DNA of 64,000 bases, from UHGV virus genome UHGV-0033546. One strand, 5' to 3'. Of this stretch, positions 32,891-44,406 are shown piece by piece. Under the pieces are notes generated by a model. The model was not told where the DNA came from. It was given only the letters and a program-made list of their open reading frames with translations, and searched no databases. The number at the start of each line of letters is the position of its first letter. Positions within the stretch are counted from its first letter, which is position 1. The stretch is from a virus. The translations under genes were made by a program, and so were the position numbers.

Positions 32891-33225
32891 AATAGAAAAT
32901 CTAATGTATTAGTTTTTTCACAACGAACGACAGAAGGACGTAAAAGATTTTCGTCAATAGCTTCTGACTGAATTTTTTCAATTATACCCGAAGGAATAAA
33001 TTTAGCAAATTGAGTTTCAGGAATAGAATTTTCTTCTAAGAATGCTGTTGTAGCTTCAAGATAACTCATTCCAAACTCTTCTACCATTTTTTCAATGATA
33101 AATCCATTTTCTTGACGATCAAGAAGCTTTGCTATTTCATCCTTTTCTTTCTTAATTGAAAGTTCTTTTTCTGAAAGACCGGCCTCATCGACCGGACGAA
33201 TATCATTTAGAGAAAACTGTGTCAT
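32887..33225 (-). CDS. 33: late transcription co-activator gp33
   Basis: 112 aa from ATG at 33225 (MTQFSLNDIRP...); track adds 3 codons. Confidence 0.8.
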   Translation of the reverse strand: MTQFSLNDIRPVDEAGLSEKELSIKKEKDEIAKLLDRQENGFIIEKMVEEFGMSYLEATTAFLEENSIPETQFAKFIPSGIIEKIQSEAIDENLLRPSVVRCEKTNTLDFLL

Positions 33226-33472
33226 AAAGTTCAACTACCTCTTCAGTTTCAGCTTCAAACACATCACGGTTATCTTTATGATACAAAGCTAACAGACGAT
33301 TAAACATCTTGCCATCAACACCAAGTTCATCTTTGGCGCGAATTCGAATATCTTTAATCAATTCATTATAACCGGAAATTTTCAGTTTATGATCAGATGC
33401 TTCTTTAATAAATTTAGCCAAATCTTCGCCATGGATAGCTTCATCAAATTCAACCATTTCTTTTTTAGCCAT
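33203..33472 (-). CDS. dsbA: dsDNA-binding protein DsbA
   Basis: 89-aa ORF, same length and position as T4 dsbA. Confidence 0.75.
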   Translation of the reverse strand: MAKKEMVEFDEAIHGEDLAKFIKEASDHKLKISGYNELIKDIRIRAKDELGVDGKMFNRLLALYHKDNRDVFEAETEEVVELYDTVFSK

Positions 33473-33480
33473 TATTCACC

Positions 33481-34398
33481 TCAAAATTCATTAATGCTAT
33501 TAGTTAATTTAGAAAGACCCGCTTTTACAAAATATGAATAAATTTTGCCACGCGGTGGTAATTTATATGAATTATAGTAATTCACAATATTTGAAGCAAT
33601 ATTATCAGGAATATAATCAAAATCAATTAGAACTAGATTTTCTTTATAACGATTATATTCAGATTCTGTGAGAAGCACCTTAGCTTGCTCACGGTCATTA
33701 GCAATAGCTTCAACGATTGAAGTTTTCATTGAAGGGGTTCGTTCACCATCGACTTTGGTAAACCAAAAGTCAGATCGTACTTTAACTGAAGCAACGTTAT
33801 CCTTTTTATCGCCTTTAAGGATTTTAGTCATACAGTCAATTTCGGCAGAACCGCTTTTAATTTTAACCCATTTCTTATGCATCGGTGACCATTGCTTAAC
33901 ATTTGGGTATTTGTGAAGTTGAGTAAAGTCACCATCCGACGAAATGATTAAAATCTTATGTCCTTCTAAAGAGAACTTTTTAACAAGAACAGCAATATGG
34001 TCATCTGCTTCATACTTATCGATATCCATAACAATGTATGGCATATAAGCTTTCAATTCATCTATAACTTTATGGCTGGATTCAAAATAACCTTCCCAGT
34101 CCCAAGTAGATTCTTCTCGTGCTTTTCCGCGGTTTTTCTTGTAATAATATGCGAAATCACGGCGCCAATATCCAGATTTCGCATTATCAATACACAGCAC
34201 GATTTTAGTGTATCCAAGCGTTTTTGCTTTTTTGACATTAAACTTAATTGAGTTCAATATCAAATGACGAACCATTGATAAATTAATTTTTTCTTTATCT
34301 GGGAAGTTTACCAAAGCAGTTGAAAGTGCAATTTGACTAAAGTCAATAAAGCAAATTCCTTCTTTGTAATCTTCATCCAGCATCATTTCTAAATCCAT
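33481..34398 (-). CDS. rnh: RNase H (5-prime to 3-prime exonuclease, FEN family)
   Basis: 305 aa from ATG at 34398 (MDLEMMLDEDYKEG...); track start is TTG. Confidence 0.9.
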   Translation of the reverse strand: MDLEMMLDEDYKEGICFIDFSQIALSTALVNFPDKEKINLSMVRHLILNSIKFNVKKAKTLGYTKIVLCIDNAKSGYWRRDFAYYYKKNRGKAREESTWDWEGYFESSHKVIDELKAYMPYIVMDIDKYEADDHIAVLVKKFSLEGHKILIISSDGDFTQLHKYPNVKQWSPMHKKWVKIKSGSAEIDCMTKILKGDKKDNVASVKVRSDFWFTKVDGERTPSMKTSIVEAIANDREQAKVLLTESEYNRYKENLVLIDFDYIPDNIASNIVNYYNSYKLPPRGKIYSYFVKAGLSKLTNSINEF

Positions 34399-34460
34399 AT
34401 GAACCTCGTTCAATTAGTGAGATTTCTATTATATACCATCCGAATCTTAAAGTAAACAAG

Positions 34461-34468
34461 TATAAATA
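34461..34468 (+). promoter_or_regulatory. late promoter TATAAATA for gene 34
   Basis: TATAAATA 35 nt upstream of gene 34 ATG, with GGAG RBS between. Confidence 0.6.
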
Positions 34469-34502
34469 CTTATTATTGAAAACACAATAGGAGCCCGGGA
34501 GA

Positions 34503-37500
34503 ATGGCCGAGATTAAAAGAAAGTTCAGAGCGGAAGACGGTCTGGACGCAGGTGGCGATAAAATAATCAACGTAGCTTTAGCTGATCGTACCGTAGGAAC
34601 TGACGGTGTTAACGTTGATTACTTAATTCAAGAAAACACAGTTCAACAATATGATCCAACTCGTGGATATTTAAAAGATTTTGTAATCATTTATGATAAC
34701 CGCTTTTGGGCTGCTATAAATGATATTCCAAAACCGGCAGGAGCTTTTAATAGCGTACGATGGAGAGCGTTACGTACTGATGCAAACTGGACAACTGTTT
34801 CATCAGGACCGTATCAATTAAAATCAGGCGAATCAATTTCGGTTAACACTGCAGCTGGTAATGACATTACATTTACTTTGCCATCTTCTCCAATTGATGG
34901 TGATACTATAGTTCTCCAAGATATTGGAGGAAAACCTGGAGTTAACCAGGTTTTAATTACAGCTCCGGTACAAAGCATTGTAAACTTCAGAGGTCAACAA
35001 GTACGCTCAGTACTAATGACTCATCCAAAATCACAGATAGTTTTAATTTTTAGTAATCGTCTGTGGCAAATGTATGTTGCTGATTATAGCAGAGAAGCGG
35101 CAGTTGTAACGCCAGCGAGTCTTTATCAAGCGCAATCAAACGATTTTATCGTGCGTAGATTTACTTCTGCTTCAGCAATTAATATTAAACTTCCGAGATT
35201 TGCTAATCACGGGGATATCATTAATTTCGTTGATTTGGATAAATTAAATCCTCTTTATCATACAATTGTTACTACATATGATGAAACGACTTCAGTGCAA
35301 GAAGTTGGAACTCATTCCATTGAAGGCCGTACATCTATTGATGGTTTCTTGATGTTTGATGATAATGAGAAACTGTGGAGATTGTTTGACGGGGATAGTA
35401 AAGCCCGTTTACGTATCATAACGACTAATTCAAACATTCGTCCAAATGAAGAAGTTATGGTATTTGGTGCGAATAATGGAACAACTCAAACGATTGAACT
35501 TCAGCTTCCGACCGATATTTCCATTGGTGATACTGTTAAAATTTCCATGAATTATATGAGAAAAGGACAAACAGTTAAAATCAAAGCTGCTGGTGAAGAT
35601 AAAATTGCTTCTTCAGTTCAATTGCTGCAATTCCCAAAACGTTCAGAATATCCGCCTGAAACTAAATGGGTGACTGTTCAAGAATTAGTTTTTAATGGCG
35701 AAACCAATTATGTTCCAGTTTTACAGCTTGCTTATATCGAAGATTCCGATGGAAAATATTGGGTTGTACAGCAAAACGTTCCAACTGTAGAAAGAGTAGA
35801 CTCTTTAAATAATTCTACCAGAGCAAGATTAGGCGTAATTGCTTTAGCTACACAGGCTCAAGCTAATGCAGATTTAGAAAATTCTCCACAAAAAGAATTA
35901 GCAATTACTCCAGAAACGTTAGCTAATCGTACTGCTACAGAAACTCGCAGAGGTATTGCAAGAATAGCAACAACTGCACAAGTTAACCAGGATACTACAT
36001 TCTCTTTTGCAGATGACCTTATCATCACTCCTAAAAAGCTGAATGAAAGAACTGCTACAGAAACTCGCAGGGGTGTCGCTGAAATTGCTACGCAGCAGGA
36101 AACTAACACAGGTACTGATGATACTACAATCATCACTCCTAAAAAGCTTCAAGCTCGTCAAGGTTCTGAGTCATTATCTGGTATTGTAACTTTTGTATCT
36201 ACTGCAGGTGCTACTCCAGCTTCTAGTCGTGAATTAAATGGTACAAATGTTTATAATAAAAATACTAATAATTTAGTAGTTTCACCTAAAGCCTTGGACC
36301 AGTATAAAGCTACTCCAACACAACAAGGTGCGGTAATTTTAGCAGTTGAAAGTGAAGTAATTGCTGGACAAAGCCAAGAAGGATGGGCAAATGCGGTTGT
36401 AACGCCAGAAACGTTACATAAAAAGACATCAACTGATGGAAGAATTGGTTTAATTGAAATTGCTACGCAAAGTGAAGTTAATACAGGAACTGATTATACT
36501 CGTGCAGTCACTCCTAAAACTTTAAATGACCGTAAAGCAACTGAAAGTTTAAGTGGTATAGCTGAAATTGCTACACAAGTTGAATTCGACGCAGGCGTCG
36601 ACGATACTCGTATCTCTACACCATTAAAAATTAAAACTAGATTTAATAGTACTGATCGTACTTCTGTTGTTGCTCTATCTGGATTAGTTGAATCAGGAAC
36701 TCTCTGGGACCATTATACCCTTAATATTCTTGAAGCAAATGAGACACAACGTGGTACACTTCGTGTGGCTACACAAGTTGAAGCTACTGCAGGAACATTA
36801 GATAATGTTTTAATAACTCCTAAAAAGCTTTTAGGTACTAAATCTACCGAATCGCAGGAAGGTGTTATTAAAGTTGCAACTCAGTCTGAAACTGTGACTG
36901 GAACGTCAGCAAATACTGCTGTATCTCCAAAAAATTTAAAATGGATTGTGCAGAGTGAACCTACTTGGGCAGCTACTACCCTGGTAAGAGGTTTTGTTAA
37001 AACTTCATCTGGTTCAATTACATTCGTTGGTAATGATACAGTTGGGTCAACGCAGTCATTAGAATTATACGAAAAAAATAGCTATGCAGTATCGCCATAT
37101 GAATTAAACCGTGTATTAGCAAATTATTTGCCGTTAAAAGCAAAAGCTGCAGATAGTAATTTATTAGATGGTCTAGATTCATCTCAGTTCATTCGTAGGG
37201 ATATTGCGCAGACGGTTAATGGTTCACTAACCTTAACCCAACAAACGAATCTGAGTGCCCCTCTTGTATCATCTAGTACTGCTACGTTTGGTGGGTCAGT
37301 TTCAGCAAATAGTACATTAACTATTTCTAATACTGGAACAGCAACTCGATTGATTTTTGAGAAAGGACCTCAAACTGGAACAAACCCAGCCCAAACGATG
37401 ACTGTCAGAGTGTGGGGAAATCAATTTAGTGGGGAATCAGACACGACACGTTCTACTGTATTTGAAGTTAGTGATGAAACATCTAGTCATTTTTATTCTC

Positions 37501-38372
37501 AGCGCAATAAAGCCGGAAATATAACATTTAATATCAACGGTACAGTAACTCCGATAAATGTTAATGCTTCAGGAACATTGAATGCAAATGGTGTAGCAAC
37601 ATTTGGTAATTCAGTTACTGCAACTGGTGAAATTATTTCTCGAAGCGCAAATGCTTTCCGTGCTATTAACGGAAATTATGGTTTCATTGTTCGCAATGAC
37701 GGATCAGTAACGAATTTTATGCTTACTGCATCAGGTGATCAGACTGGTGGATTTAATGGATTACGCCCATTAGCTATTAATAATGCATCTGGTCAAGTAA
37801 CGATTGGTGAAAGCTTAATAATCGCCAAAGGTGCTACTATAAATTCAGGTGGTTTGACTGTTAACTCGAGAATTCGTTCTCAGGGCACTAAAACATCTGA
37901 CTTATATACCCGTGCGCCAACATCTGATACTGTAGGATTCTGGTCAATCGATATTAACGATTCAGCCACTTATAACCAATTCCCAGGTTATTTTAAAATG
38001 GTTGAAAAAACTAATGAAGTGACTGGACTTCCATATTTAGAACGTGGCGAAGAAGTTAAATCTCCTGGTACACTGACTCAGTTTGGTAACACACTTGATT
38101 CGCTTTACCAAGATTGGATTACTTATCCAACAACTCCAGAAGCGCGTACCACTCGCTGGACGCGTACATGGCAGAAAACCAAAAACTCTTGGTCAAGTTT
38201 TGTTCAGGTATTTGATGGAGGTAACCCTCCTCAACCGTCTGATATCGGTGCTTTACCATCTGATAATGCTACAATGGGTAATCTTACCATTCGTGATTTC
38301 TTACGAATTGGTAATGTTCGCATTATTCCTGACCCAGTGAATAAAACTGTTAAATTTGAATGGGTTGAATAA
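34503..38372 (+). CDS. 34: long tail fibre proximal subunit gp34
   Basis: 1289-aa ORF, same length as T4 gp34; internal tail-fibre repeats. Confidence 0.95.
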   Translation: MAEIKRKFRAEDGLDAGGDKIINVALADRTVGTDGVNVDYLIQENTVQQYDPTRGYLKDFVIIYDNRFWAAINDIPKPAGAFNSVRWRALRTDANWTTVSSGPYQLKSGESISVNTAAGNDITFTLPSSPIDGDTIVLQDIGGKPGVNQVLITAPVQSIVNFRGQQVRSVLMTHPKSQIVLIFSNRLWQMYVADYSREAAVVTPASLYQAQSNDFIVRRFTSASAINIKLPRFANHGDIINFVDLDKLNPLYHTIVTTYDETTSVQEVGTHSIEGRTSIDGFLMFDDNEKLWRLFDGDSKARLRIITTNSNIRPNEEVMVFGANNGTTQTIELQLPTDISIGDTVKISMNYMRKGQTVKIKAAGEDKIASSVQLLQFPKRSEYPPETKWVTVQELVFNGETNYVPVLQLAYIEDSDGKYWVVQQNVPTVERVDSLNNSTRARLGVIALATQAQANADLENSPQKELAITPETLANRTATETRRGIARIATTAQVNQDTTFSFADDLIITPKKLNERTATETRRGVAEIATQQETNTGTDDTTIITPKKLQARQGSESLSGIVTFVSTAGATPASSRELNGTNVYNKNTNNLVVSPKALDQYKATPTQQGAVILAVESEVIAGQSQEGWANAVVTPETLHKKTSTDGRIGLIEIATQSEVNTGTDYTRAVTPKTLNDRKATESLSGIAEIATQVEFDAGVDDTRISTPLKIKTRFNSTDRTSVVALSGLVESGTLWDHYTLNILEANETQRGTLRVATQVEATAGTLDNVLITPKKLLGTKSTESQEGVIKVATQSETVTGTSANTAVSPKNLKWIVQSEPTWAATTLVRGFVKTSSGSITFVGNDTVGSTQSLELYEKNSYAVSPYELNRVLANYLPLKAKAADSNLLDGLDSSQFIRRDIAQTVNGSLTLTQQTNLSAPLVSSSTATFGGSVSANSTLTISNTGTATRLIFEKGPQTGTNPAQTMTVRVWGNQFSGESDTTRSTVFEVSDETSSHFYSQRNKAGNITFNINGTVTPINVNASGTLNANGVATFGNSVTATGEIISRSANAFRAINGNYGFIVRNDGSVTNFMLTASGDQTGGFNGLRPLAINNASGQVTIGESLIIAKGATINSGGLTVNSRIRSQGTKTSDLYTRAPTSDTVGFWSIDINDSATYNQFPGYFKMVEKTNEVTGLPYLERGEEVKSPGTLTQFGNTLDSLYQDWITYPTTPEARTTRWTRTWQKTKNSWSSFVQVFDGGNPPQPSDIGALPSDNATMGNLTIRDFLRIGNVRIIPDPVNKTVKFEWVE
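35880..36910 (+). repeat. tandem tail-fibre repeat units inside gene 34
   Basis: repeated protein motif ...TATETRRG[IV]A.IAT......ITPKKL...; exact 20-bp DNA repeats actgctacagaaactcgcag at 35931 and 36051 and atcatcactcctaaaaagct at 36021 and 36130. Confidence 0.6.
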
Positions 38373-38380
38373 GAGGTATT

Positions 38381-39496
38381 ATGGAAAAATTTATGGCAAA
38401 GTTTGGACAAGGATATGTCCAAACGCCATTTTTATCGGAAAGCAATTCAGTAAGATATAAAATAAGCATAGCGGGTTCTTGCCCGCTTTCTACTGCAGGA
38501 CCATACGTTAAATTTCAAGATAATCCTGTAGGAAGTCAAACATTTAGTGCAGGTCTTCATTTAAGAGTTTTTGACCCTTCCACGGGAGCATTGGTTGATA
38601 GTAAGTCATATGCTTTTTCTACTTCAAATGATACAACATCTGCTGCTTTCGTTAGTTTCATGAATTCTTTTTTAAACAATAGACTTGTTGCTATATTAAC
38701 TAGCGGAAAGGTTAATTTTCCTCCTGAAGTAGTATCTTGGTTAAGAACAGCAGGAACATCTGCTTTTCCATCTGATTCTATATTGTCAAGATTTGATGTA
38801 TCATATGCTGCTTTTTACACTTCTTCTAAAAGAGCTATTGCATTAGAACATGTTAAACTGGGTAATAGAAAAAGCACAGATGACTATCAAACTATATTAG
38901 ATGTAGTATTTGATAGTTTAGAAGATGTTGGAGCGACAGGATTTCCTAAAAGAACATATGAAAGCGTTGAGCAATTTATGTCAGCTGTTGGTGGAACTAA
39001 TAACGAAATTGCGCGTTTACCAACTTCATCCGCGATAAGTAAACTTTCTGACTACAATTTAATTCCTGGAGATGTGCTTTATCTTAAAGCACAACTATAT
39101 GCTGATGCTGATTTACTTGCTCTTGGAACTACGAATATATCCATTCGATTTTATAATGCATCAAATGGATATATTTCCTCAACACATGCTGAGTTTACTG
39201 GACAAGCTGGGTCTTGGGAATTAAAAGAAGATTATGTAGTTGTTCCTGAAAATGCAGTAGGATTTACGATATACGCACAGAGAACTGCACAAGCGGGTCA
39301 AGGCGGTATGAGAAATTTAAGCTTTTCTGAAGTGTCAAGAAATGGCGGCATTTCAAAACCTGCTGAATTTGGCGTCAATGGTATTCGAGTTAATTATATC
39401 TGCGAATCTGCTTCACCTCCGGATATAATGGTACTTCCTACGCAAGCATCGTCTAAAACTGGTAAAGTGTTTGGACAAGAATTTAGAGAAGTTTAA
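38381..39496 (+). CDS. 35: long tail fibre hinge protein gp35
   Basis: 371-aa ORF (T4 gp35 372 aa); GAGG RBS. Confidence 0.9.
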   Translation: MEKFMAKFGQGYVQTPFLSESNSVRYKISIAGSCPLSTAGPYVKFQDNPVGSQTFSAGLHLRVFDPSTGALVDSKSYAFSTSNDTTSAAFVSFMNSFLNNRLVAILTSGKVNFPPEVVSWLRTAGTSAFPSDSILSRFDVSYAAFYTSSKRAIALEHVKLGNRKSTDDYQTILDVVFDSLEDVGATGFPKRTYESVEQFMSAVGGTNNEIARLPTSSAISKLSDYNLIPGDVLYLKAQLYADADLLALGTTNISIRFYNASNGYISSTHAEFTGQAGSWELKEDYVVVPENAVGFTIYAQRTAQAGQGGMRNLSFSEVSRNGGISKPAEFGVNGIRVNYICESASPPDIMVLPTQASSKTGKVFGQEFREV

Positions 39497-39500
39497 ATTG

Positions 39501-39530
39501 AGGGAGCCTTCGGGTTCCCTTTTTCTTTAT
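39501..39530 (+). terminator. rho-independent terminator after gene 35
   Basis: hairpin AGGGAGCC-TTCG-GGTTCCCT followed by TTTTTCTTTAT. Confidence 0.55.
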
Positions 39531-39535
39531 AAATA
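39528..39535 (+). promoter_or_regulatory. late promoter TATAAATA for gene 36
   Basis: TATAAATA 24 nt upstream of gene 36 ATG. Confidence 0.55.
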
Positions 39536-39558
39536 CTATTAAAATAAAGGGGCATACA

Positions 39559-40215
39559 ATGGCTGATTTAAAAGTAGGTTCAACAACTGGAGGCTCTGTC
39601 ATTTGGCATCAAGGAAATTTTCCATTGAATCCAGCCGGTGACGATGTACTCTATAAATCATTTAAAATATATTCAGAATACAATAAACCACAAGCTGCTG
39701 ATAATGATTTCGTTTCTAAAGCTAATGGTGGTACTTATTTAAATAAAGTAATTTTTAATAAAGGAATGACTGTTCCTGGTGCTGGGTCAGGTGACAACGG
39801 TATTTTTGCCGGTCCTGGTGATAATGCCACGTATGATACTACAAATATGGATATTGTTTCATGGTATGGTATCGGCTTTAAATCATCACAAGGAACAGCA
39901 GGTAGAACTGTAGTAATTAACACACGAAACGGAGATATTAGCTCAAAGGGTGTAATTGAAGCATCACAAATACGCGCAACTTCATTATCCCCAGTAAATA
40001 ATTATGACCTTACGAGAAAAGATTATGTTGATGGAGCAATAAATATTGTTACAACAAACGCAAACTCTAGGGTGTTACGCTCTGGAGACACTATGACAGG
40101 AAATTTAACTGCGCCAAACCTTTTTTCACAGAATCCTGCATCTCAACCCTCACATGTTCCGCGATTTGACCAAATCGTAATTAAGGATTCTGTTCAAGAT
40201 TTCGGCTATTATTAA
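39559..40215 (+). CDS. 36: long tail fibre distal connector gp36
   Basis: 218-aa ORF (T4 gp36 about 221 aa). Confidence 0.9.
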   Translation: MADLKVGSTTGGSVIWHQGNFPLNPAGDDVLYKSFKIYSEYNKPQAADNDFVSKANGGTYLNKVIFNKGMTVPGAGSGDNGIFAGPGDNATYDTTNMDIVSWYGIGFKSSQGTAGRTVVINTRNGDISSKGVIEASQIRATSLSPVNNYDLTRKDYVDGAINIVTTNANSRVLRSGDTMTGNLTAPNLFSQNPASQPSHVPRFDQIVIKDSVQDFGYY

Positions 40216-40223
40216 GAGGACTT

Positions 40224-43200
40224 ATGGCTACTTTAAAACAAATACAATTTAAAAGAAGCAAAACGGCAGGTCAACGTCCAGCTGCTTCAGTATTAGCCGA
40301 AGGTGAATTGGCTATAAACTTAAAAGACCGTGTACTTTTTACTAAAGATGACCAAGGAAATATTATTGATTTAGGTTTTGCTAAAGGCGGTAGTATTGAC
40401 GGGAATGTTATTCATAAAGGCAATTATAACCAAACTGGCGATTATACTTTAAACGGTACATTCACCCAGACTGGTAATTTTAATTTAACCGGTATTGCTC
40501 GAGTAACTCGTGATATTATTGCTGCTGGCCAGATTATGACTGAAGGCGGAGAACTTATTACAAAAAGTTCAGGTACATCACATGTTCGTTTTTTCGATGG
40601 CAATAGCCGCGAACGCGGAATCATTTTTTCTCCTGCTAATGATGGATTAACTACACAAGTAATTAACATCAGAGTTCAAGATTACAAAGCCGGTTCGGAA
40701 AATACTTTTTCTTTTAGCGGTAATGGTCTTTTCACATCGCCGGAAGTTTCTGCATGGAAATCTATGTCAACTCCCCAGATTTTGACTAACAAAGTCATTA
40801 CTAATAATAAATCTACGAGTGATTATGACATTTATTCGATGGCAGACAATGTTCCACTGTCTGAAAGCACTACTGCTATTAATCATCTACGCGTCATGCG
40901 CAATGCAGTCGGTTCTGGTATTTTCCATGAAGTTAAAGATAATGATGGAATAACTTGGTATAGTGGAGATGGATTAGATGCTTATCTTTGGTCATTTACC
41001 TGGAGCGGCGGAATTAAATCAAGCCACTCAATTTCTATCGGTTTAACACCCGGTAATAAAGATTATTCAATATTAGGACCATCTAGCATTGCTTTAGGAG
41101 ATAATGATACTGGATTTAAATGGCATCAAGACGGATATTATTTCAGCGTTAATAATGGAACAAAAACGTTTTTATTTAGCCCTAGCGAAACAACTAGCCT
41201 AAGAAAATTTGTAGCTGGATATTCTACTAATGGAACCGATTTAACTACTCCTCCGACTGAAAACTATGCTCTTGCTACTGTCGTGACATATCACGACAAT
41301 AACGCGTTTGGAGATGGTCAGACTCTTTTGGGGTATTATCAAGGCGGTAGATATCACCATTATTTTCGTGGAAGAGGAACAACTAATATTAATACCGCTG
41401 GAGGATTATTAGTTACTCCTGGTAATATTGATGTTATTGGCGGTTCTGTTAATATCGATGGTAGAAATAATGCTTCTACATTGCTATTGAAAGGTAACAC
41501 AACTGGTAGTAGTTCTGTGGATAACATGACAATTTCTGTGTGGGGTAATACATTTACTAATCCTAGCGAAGGTAATCGCAAAAATGTCATGGAAATTTCC
41601 GATGCAACTAGCTGGATGAGCTATATTCAAAGACTTACTACTGGTGAAGTAGAAATGAATGTTAACGGTTCATTTGAATCATCTGGTGTTACTGCTGGAA
41701 ATAGAGGAGTTCACACAACAGGTGAAATTTCATCTAGTGCCGTGAATGCACTCCGTATTTGGAATGCAGATTATGGGGCCATTTTTAGACGTTCAGAAGG
41801 TAATCTTCATATTATTCCAACTGCTTATGGTGAAGGCAAAAATGGTGATATTGGTCCACTTCGTCCATTTAGTATTGCTTTGGATACTGGTAAGGTTGTT
41901 ATTCCTGACTTGGATTTAAGTTATGCTTCTTTTGCCGCAAACGGTTATATTAAATTTGGCGGTCATGGCGCAGGTGCCGGCGGTTATGATATTCAGTATG
42001 TTCAAGCGGCTCCTATTTTCCAGGAAATCGATGATGATGCTATAAGCAAATATTATCCTATTGTTAAACAGAAGTTTTTAAATGGTAAAGCCGTTTGGTC
42101 TTTAGGTACTGAAATTAATTCTGGTACATTTGTTTTACATCATTTGAAAGAAGATGGTTCACAAGGCCATACATCAAGATTTAATGCTGACGGTACAGTC
42201 AATTTCCCCGATAACGTTCAAGTCGGTGGTGGTGAAGCTACTATTGCTCGTAATGGTAATATTTTCTCAGATATTTGGAAATCGTTTACTTCAGCAGGAG
42301 ACACTACAAATATTCGCGATGCGATAGCTACTCGTGTTGCCAAAGAAGGCGATACGATGACTGGCAAATTAATCGTTAAAAGAGGCTCTGACGCTATTAA
42401 CATTGCTGCCGATGAAAATGATTCTGGCTATTTACTTGGAACATCGGGTGGAGCGAATTCATGGTACATCGGTAAAGGAGGAGCAGATGACACTGCTTCA
42501 TTTTATAATTTCAAAACTACCGCAGGAATTACTCTTAATAGTGTAGGTGATATTGATTTTAATGTTAAAAATCAATCTACTGCCGCTTCATTAAATTTTT
42601 ATCGTTTATATTTAAATGGAAGACAGTGGACAGCTACACAAGGTCACGGCTATAATAATCAATGGCAAACAGAAGCCCCATTCTTCGTTGACTTTGGCGA
42701 ATCTGTTCCGAAAGATAGTTATATGCCTATAATTAAAGGAAGAAGCCAAATCATTAACGAAGGATATGCCACAAAGGCAGATTTTGGTATTATTCGATTG
42801 GGTGGAAATGCTACTTGGGGAAATGCAGTAATTCGTGTTGGTTCTGCGGAAAGCGGAGATAGCAGTCATCCTAATGCAATATTTGTGTTTCAGGCTAATG
42901 GCGATTTTAAAGCTCCGGCTGGCCTTCGTGCTGGTGTTAACTTGGGTGTCGGCACAATTCCAATATGGGGCGGAGCATCTATCGCCATCGGTGATGATGA
43001 TACCGGTTTAGTTCATGGCGGCGATGGTCGAATTAATATGTATGCTAACGCGCAGCATATTGCATCATGGGGCGCGGGCTATCAATCTCATCCGGGCCTT
43101 TGGGATTCAAATGGGGCTCTTTGGACAGAAGTTGGCAAAGCAATTATTTCTCATGGCCATTTAGTTCAGGCGAATGACAGTTATTCCACATATGTCCGTG

Positions 43201-43550
43201 ATGTTTATGTCCGCTCTGATATTCGTGTTAAAAAGGACCTTGTTAAATTTGAAAATGCTTCTGAGAAGCTTTCTAAAATTAACGGTTACACTTATATGCA
43301 GAAGCGAGGTCTAGATGAAGACGGTAATCAGAAGTGGGAACCTAATGCCGGTTTAATTGCTCAAGAAGTTCAAGCTATTTTACCTGAATTAGTTGAAGGC
43401 GATCAGGATGGTGAAGCTTTACTTCGTTTGAACTATAATGGTGTAATCGGTTTAAATACAGCTGCTATCAATGAGCATACCGCAGAAATTGCAGAACTTA
43501 AATCCGAAATTGAAGAGCTTAAAAAATTAGTTAAATCATTGTTAAAATAA
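40224..43550 (+). CDS. 37: long tail fibre distal subunit gp37 with C-terminal intramolecular chaperone domain
   Basis: 1108-aa ORF; last ~111 aa (from SDIRVKKD at 43215) carry peptidase-S74/IMC-like motifs SDxRx[14 protein letters not shown] and a C-terminal coiled coil. Confidence 0.9.
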   Translation: MATLKQIQFKRSKTAGQRPAASVLAEGELAINLKDRVLFTKDDQGNIIDLGFAKGGSIDGNVIHKGNYNQTGDYTLNGTFTQTGNFNLTGIARVTRDIIAAGQIMTEGGELITKSSGTSHVRFFDGNSRERGIIFSPANDGLTTQVINIRVQDYKAGSENTFSFSGNGLFTSPEVSAWKSMSTPQILTNKVITNNKSTSDYDIYSMADNVPLSESTTAINHLRVMRNAVGSGIFHEVKDNDGITWYSGDGLDAYLWSFTWSGGIKSSHSISIGLTPGNKDYSILGPSSIALGDNDTGFKWHQDGYYFSVNNGTKTFLFSPSETTSLRKFVAGYSTNGTDLTTPPTENYALATVVTYHDNNAFGDGQTLLGYYQGGRYHHYFRGRGTTNINTAGGLLVTPGNIDVIGGSVNIDGRNNASTLLLKGNTTGSSSVDNMTISVWGNTFTNPSEGNRKNVMEISDATSWMSYIQRLTTGEVEMNVNGSFESSGVTAGNRGVHTTGEISSSAVNALRIWNADYGAIFRRSEGNLHIIPTAYGEGKNGDIGPLRPFSIALDTGKVVIPDLDLSYASFAANGYIKFGGHGAGAGGYDIQYVQAAPIFQEIDDDAISKYYPIVKQKFLNGKAVWSLGTEINSGTFVLHHLKEDGSQGHTSRFNADGTVNFPDNVQVGGGEATIARNGNIFSDIWKSFTSAGDTTNIRDAIATRVAKEGDTMTGKLIVKRGSDAINIAADENDSGYLLGTSGGANSWYIGKGGADDTASFYNFKTTAGITLNSVGDIDFNVKNQSTAASLNFYRLYLNGRQWTATQGHGYNNQWQTEAPFFVDFGESVPKDSYMPIIKGRSQIINEGYATKADFGIIRLGGNATWGNAVIRVGSAESGDSSHPNAIFVFQANGDFKAPAGLRAGVNLGVGTIPIWGGASIAIGDDDTGLVHGGDGRINMYANAQHIASWGAGYQSHPGLWDSNGALWTEVGKAIISHGHLVQANDSYSTYVRDVYVRSDIRVKKDLVKFENASEKLSKINGYTYMQKRGLDEDGNQKWEPNAGLIAQEVQAILPELVEGDQDGEALLRLNYNGVIGLNTAAINEHTAEIAELKSEIEELKKLVKSLLK

Positions 43551-43554
43551 AATG

Positions 43555-43570
43555 AGGGGCTTCGGCCCCT
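43555..43570 (+). other. GC-rich stem-loop between genes 37 and 38
   Basis: AGGGGC-TTCG-GCCCCT; no T-run follows, GGAGG RBS of gene 38 immediately downstream. Confidence 0.4.
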
Positions 43571-43581
43571 TGGAGGTTTAT

Positions 43582-44376
43582 ATGGCAGTTGAAGGACCGT
43601 GGGTAGGATGGTCTGCAAGGGTACAGACTGGAGACCCTTGGATGGCAGGAGCAGCCGTAAGATTAAGAATGGGTGTTCCGTTTTGGATGAGTAATATGAT
43701 AGGTCGATCTGTTGAAGTAATTCACACACTTGGAGCGGACCATAACTTCAATGGTCAATGGTTCCGAGATAGATGTTTTGAGGCAGGTAGTGCACCTATA
43801 GTGTTTAATATTACCGGAAATTTGGTATCATATTCTAGAGACGTTCCTTTATTCTTTATGTATGGAGATACACCTAATGAATATGTTCAGTTGAATATTG
43901 GTGGTGGCGTCCATATGTGGGGTAGAGGTGGACAAGGTGGATGGACTCATTCCGGCGGAGATGGTAATGGTCAACAAGGTGGTCATTGTATTCAAAATGA
44001 CATCGGTGGACGATTAAGAATTAATAACGGTGGAGTAATTTGCGGCGGAGGTGGAGGCGGAGGTGGTATCGCTTATCGTCCCCACTCTGGTGCAAATTGG
44101 CAAGATATTGGTGGTGGTGGAGGAAGACCATTTGGACCAGGTGGAGGCGGAGGTTATTCCGGCGGCGCAGCTTCTTATGATGGCCCAGGAGGTGGTTATA
44201 ATTATGGTAATGCTCACTCTGGACAAGGTGGTGATGCTGGCGCAAATGGACAAAATGCCTGGCATGATGGCGGTAAAGTACTAAAAGTCGGTGCTGGCGG
44301 AGCTGCTGGTTATGCCGTCATAGGGTCCGCTCCAACATGGCAAAATGTTGGAGTAATATATGGTCCAAGAGTATAA
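43582..44376 (+). CDS. 38: receptor-recognising adhesin gp38 (T2-type, glycine-rich motifs)
   Basis: 264 aa from ATG at 43582 (GGAGG RBS); C-terminal half has poly-Gly blocks [23 protein letters not shown] separated by short variable segments. Confidence 0.8.
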   Translation: MAVEGPWVGWSARVQTGDPWMAGAAVRLRMGVPFWMSNMIGRSVEVIHTLGADHNFNGQWFRDRCFEAGSAPIVFNITGNLVSYSRDVPLFFMYGDTPNEYVQLNIGGGVHMWGRGGQGGWTHSGGDGNGQQGGHCIQNDIGGRLRINNGGVICGGGGGGGGIAYRPHSGANWQDIGGGGGRPFGPGGGGGYSGGAASYDGPGGGYNYGNAHSGQGGDAGANGQNAWHDGGKVLKVGAGGAAGYAVIGSAPTWQNVGVIYGPRV

Positions 44377-44406
44377 TTTGAATAAATACCCTTAAAAGGA
44401 GGGTCT

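Noticed and set aside
43900-44300. GGT/GGC-rich repetitive DNA that could be taken for a tandem repeat or CRISPR-like array
   Set aside because: It is in-frame coding sequence for the poly-glycine motifs of gp38; spacing is irregular and there are no repeat-spacer units
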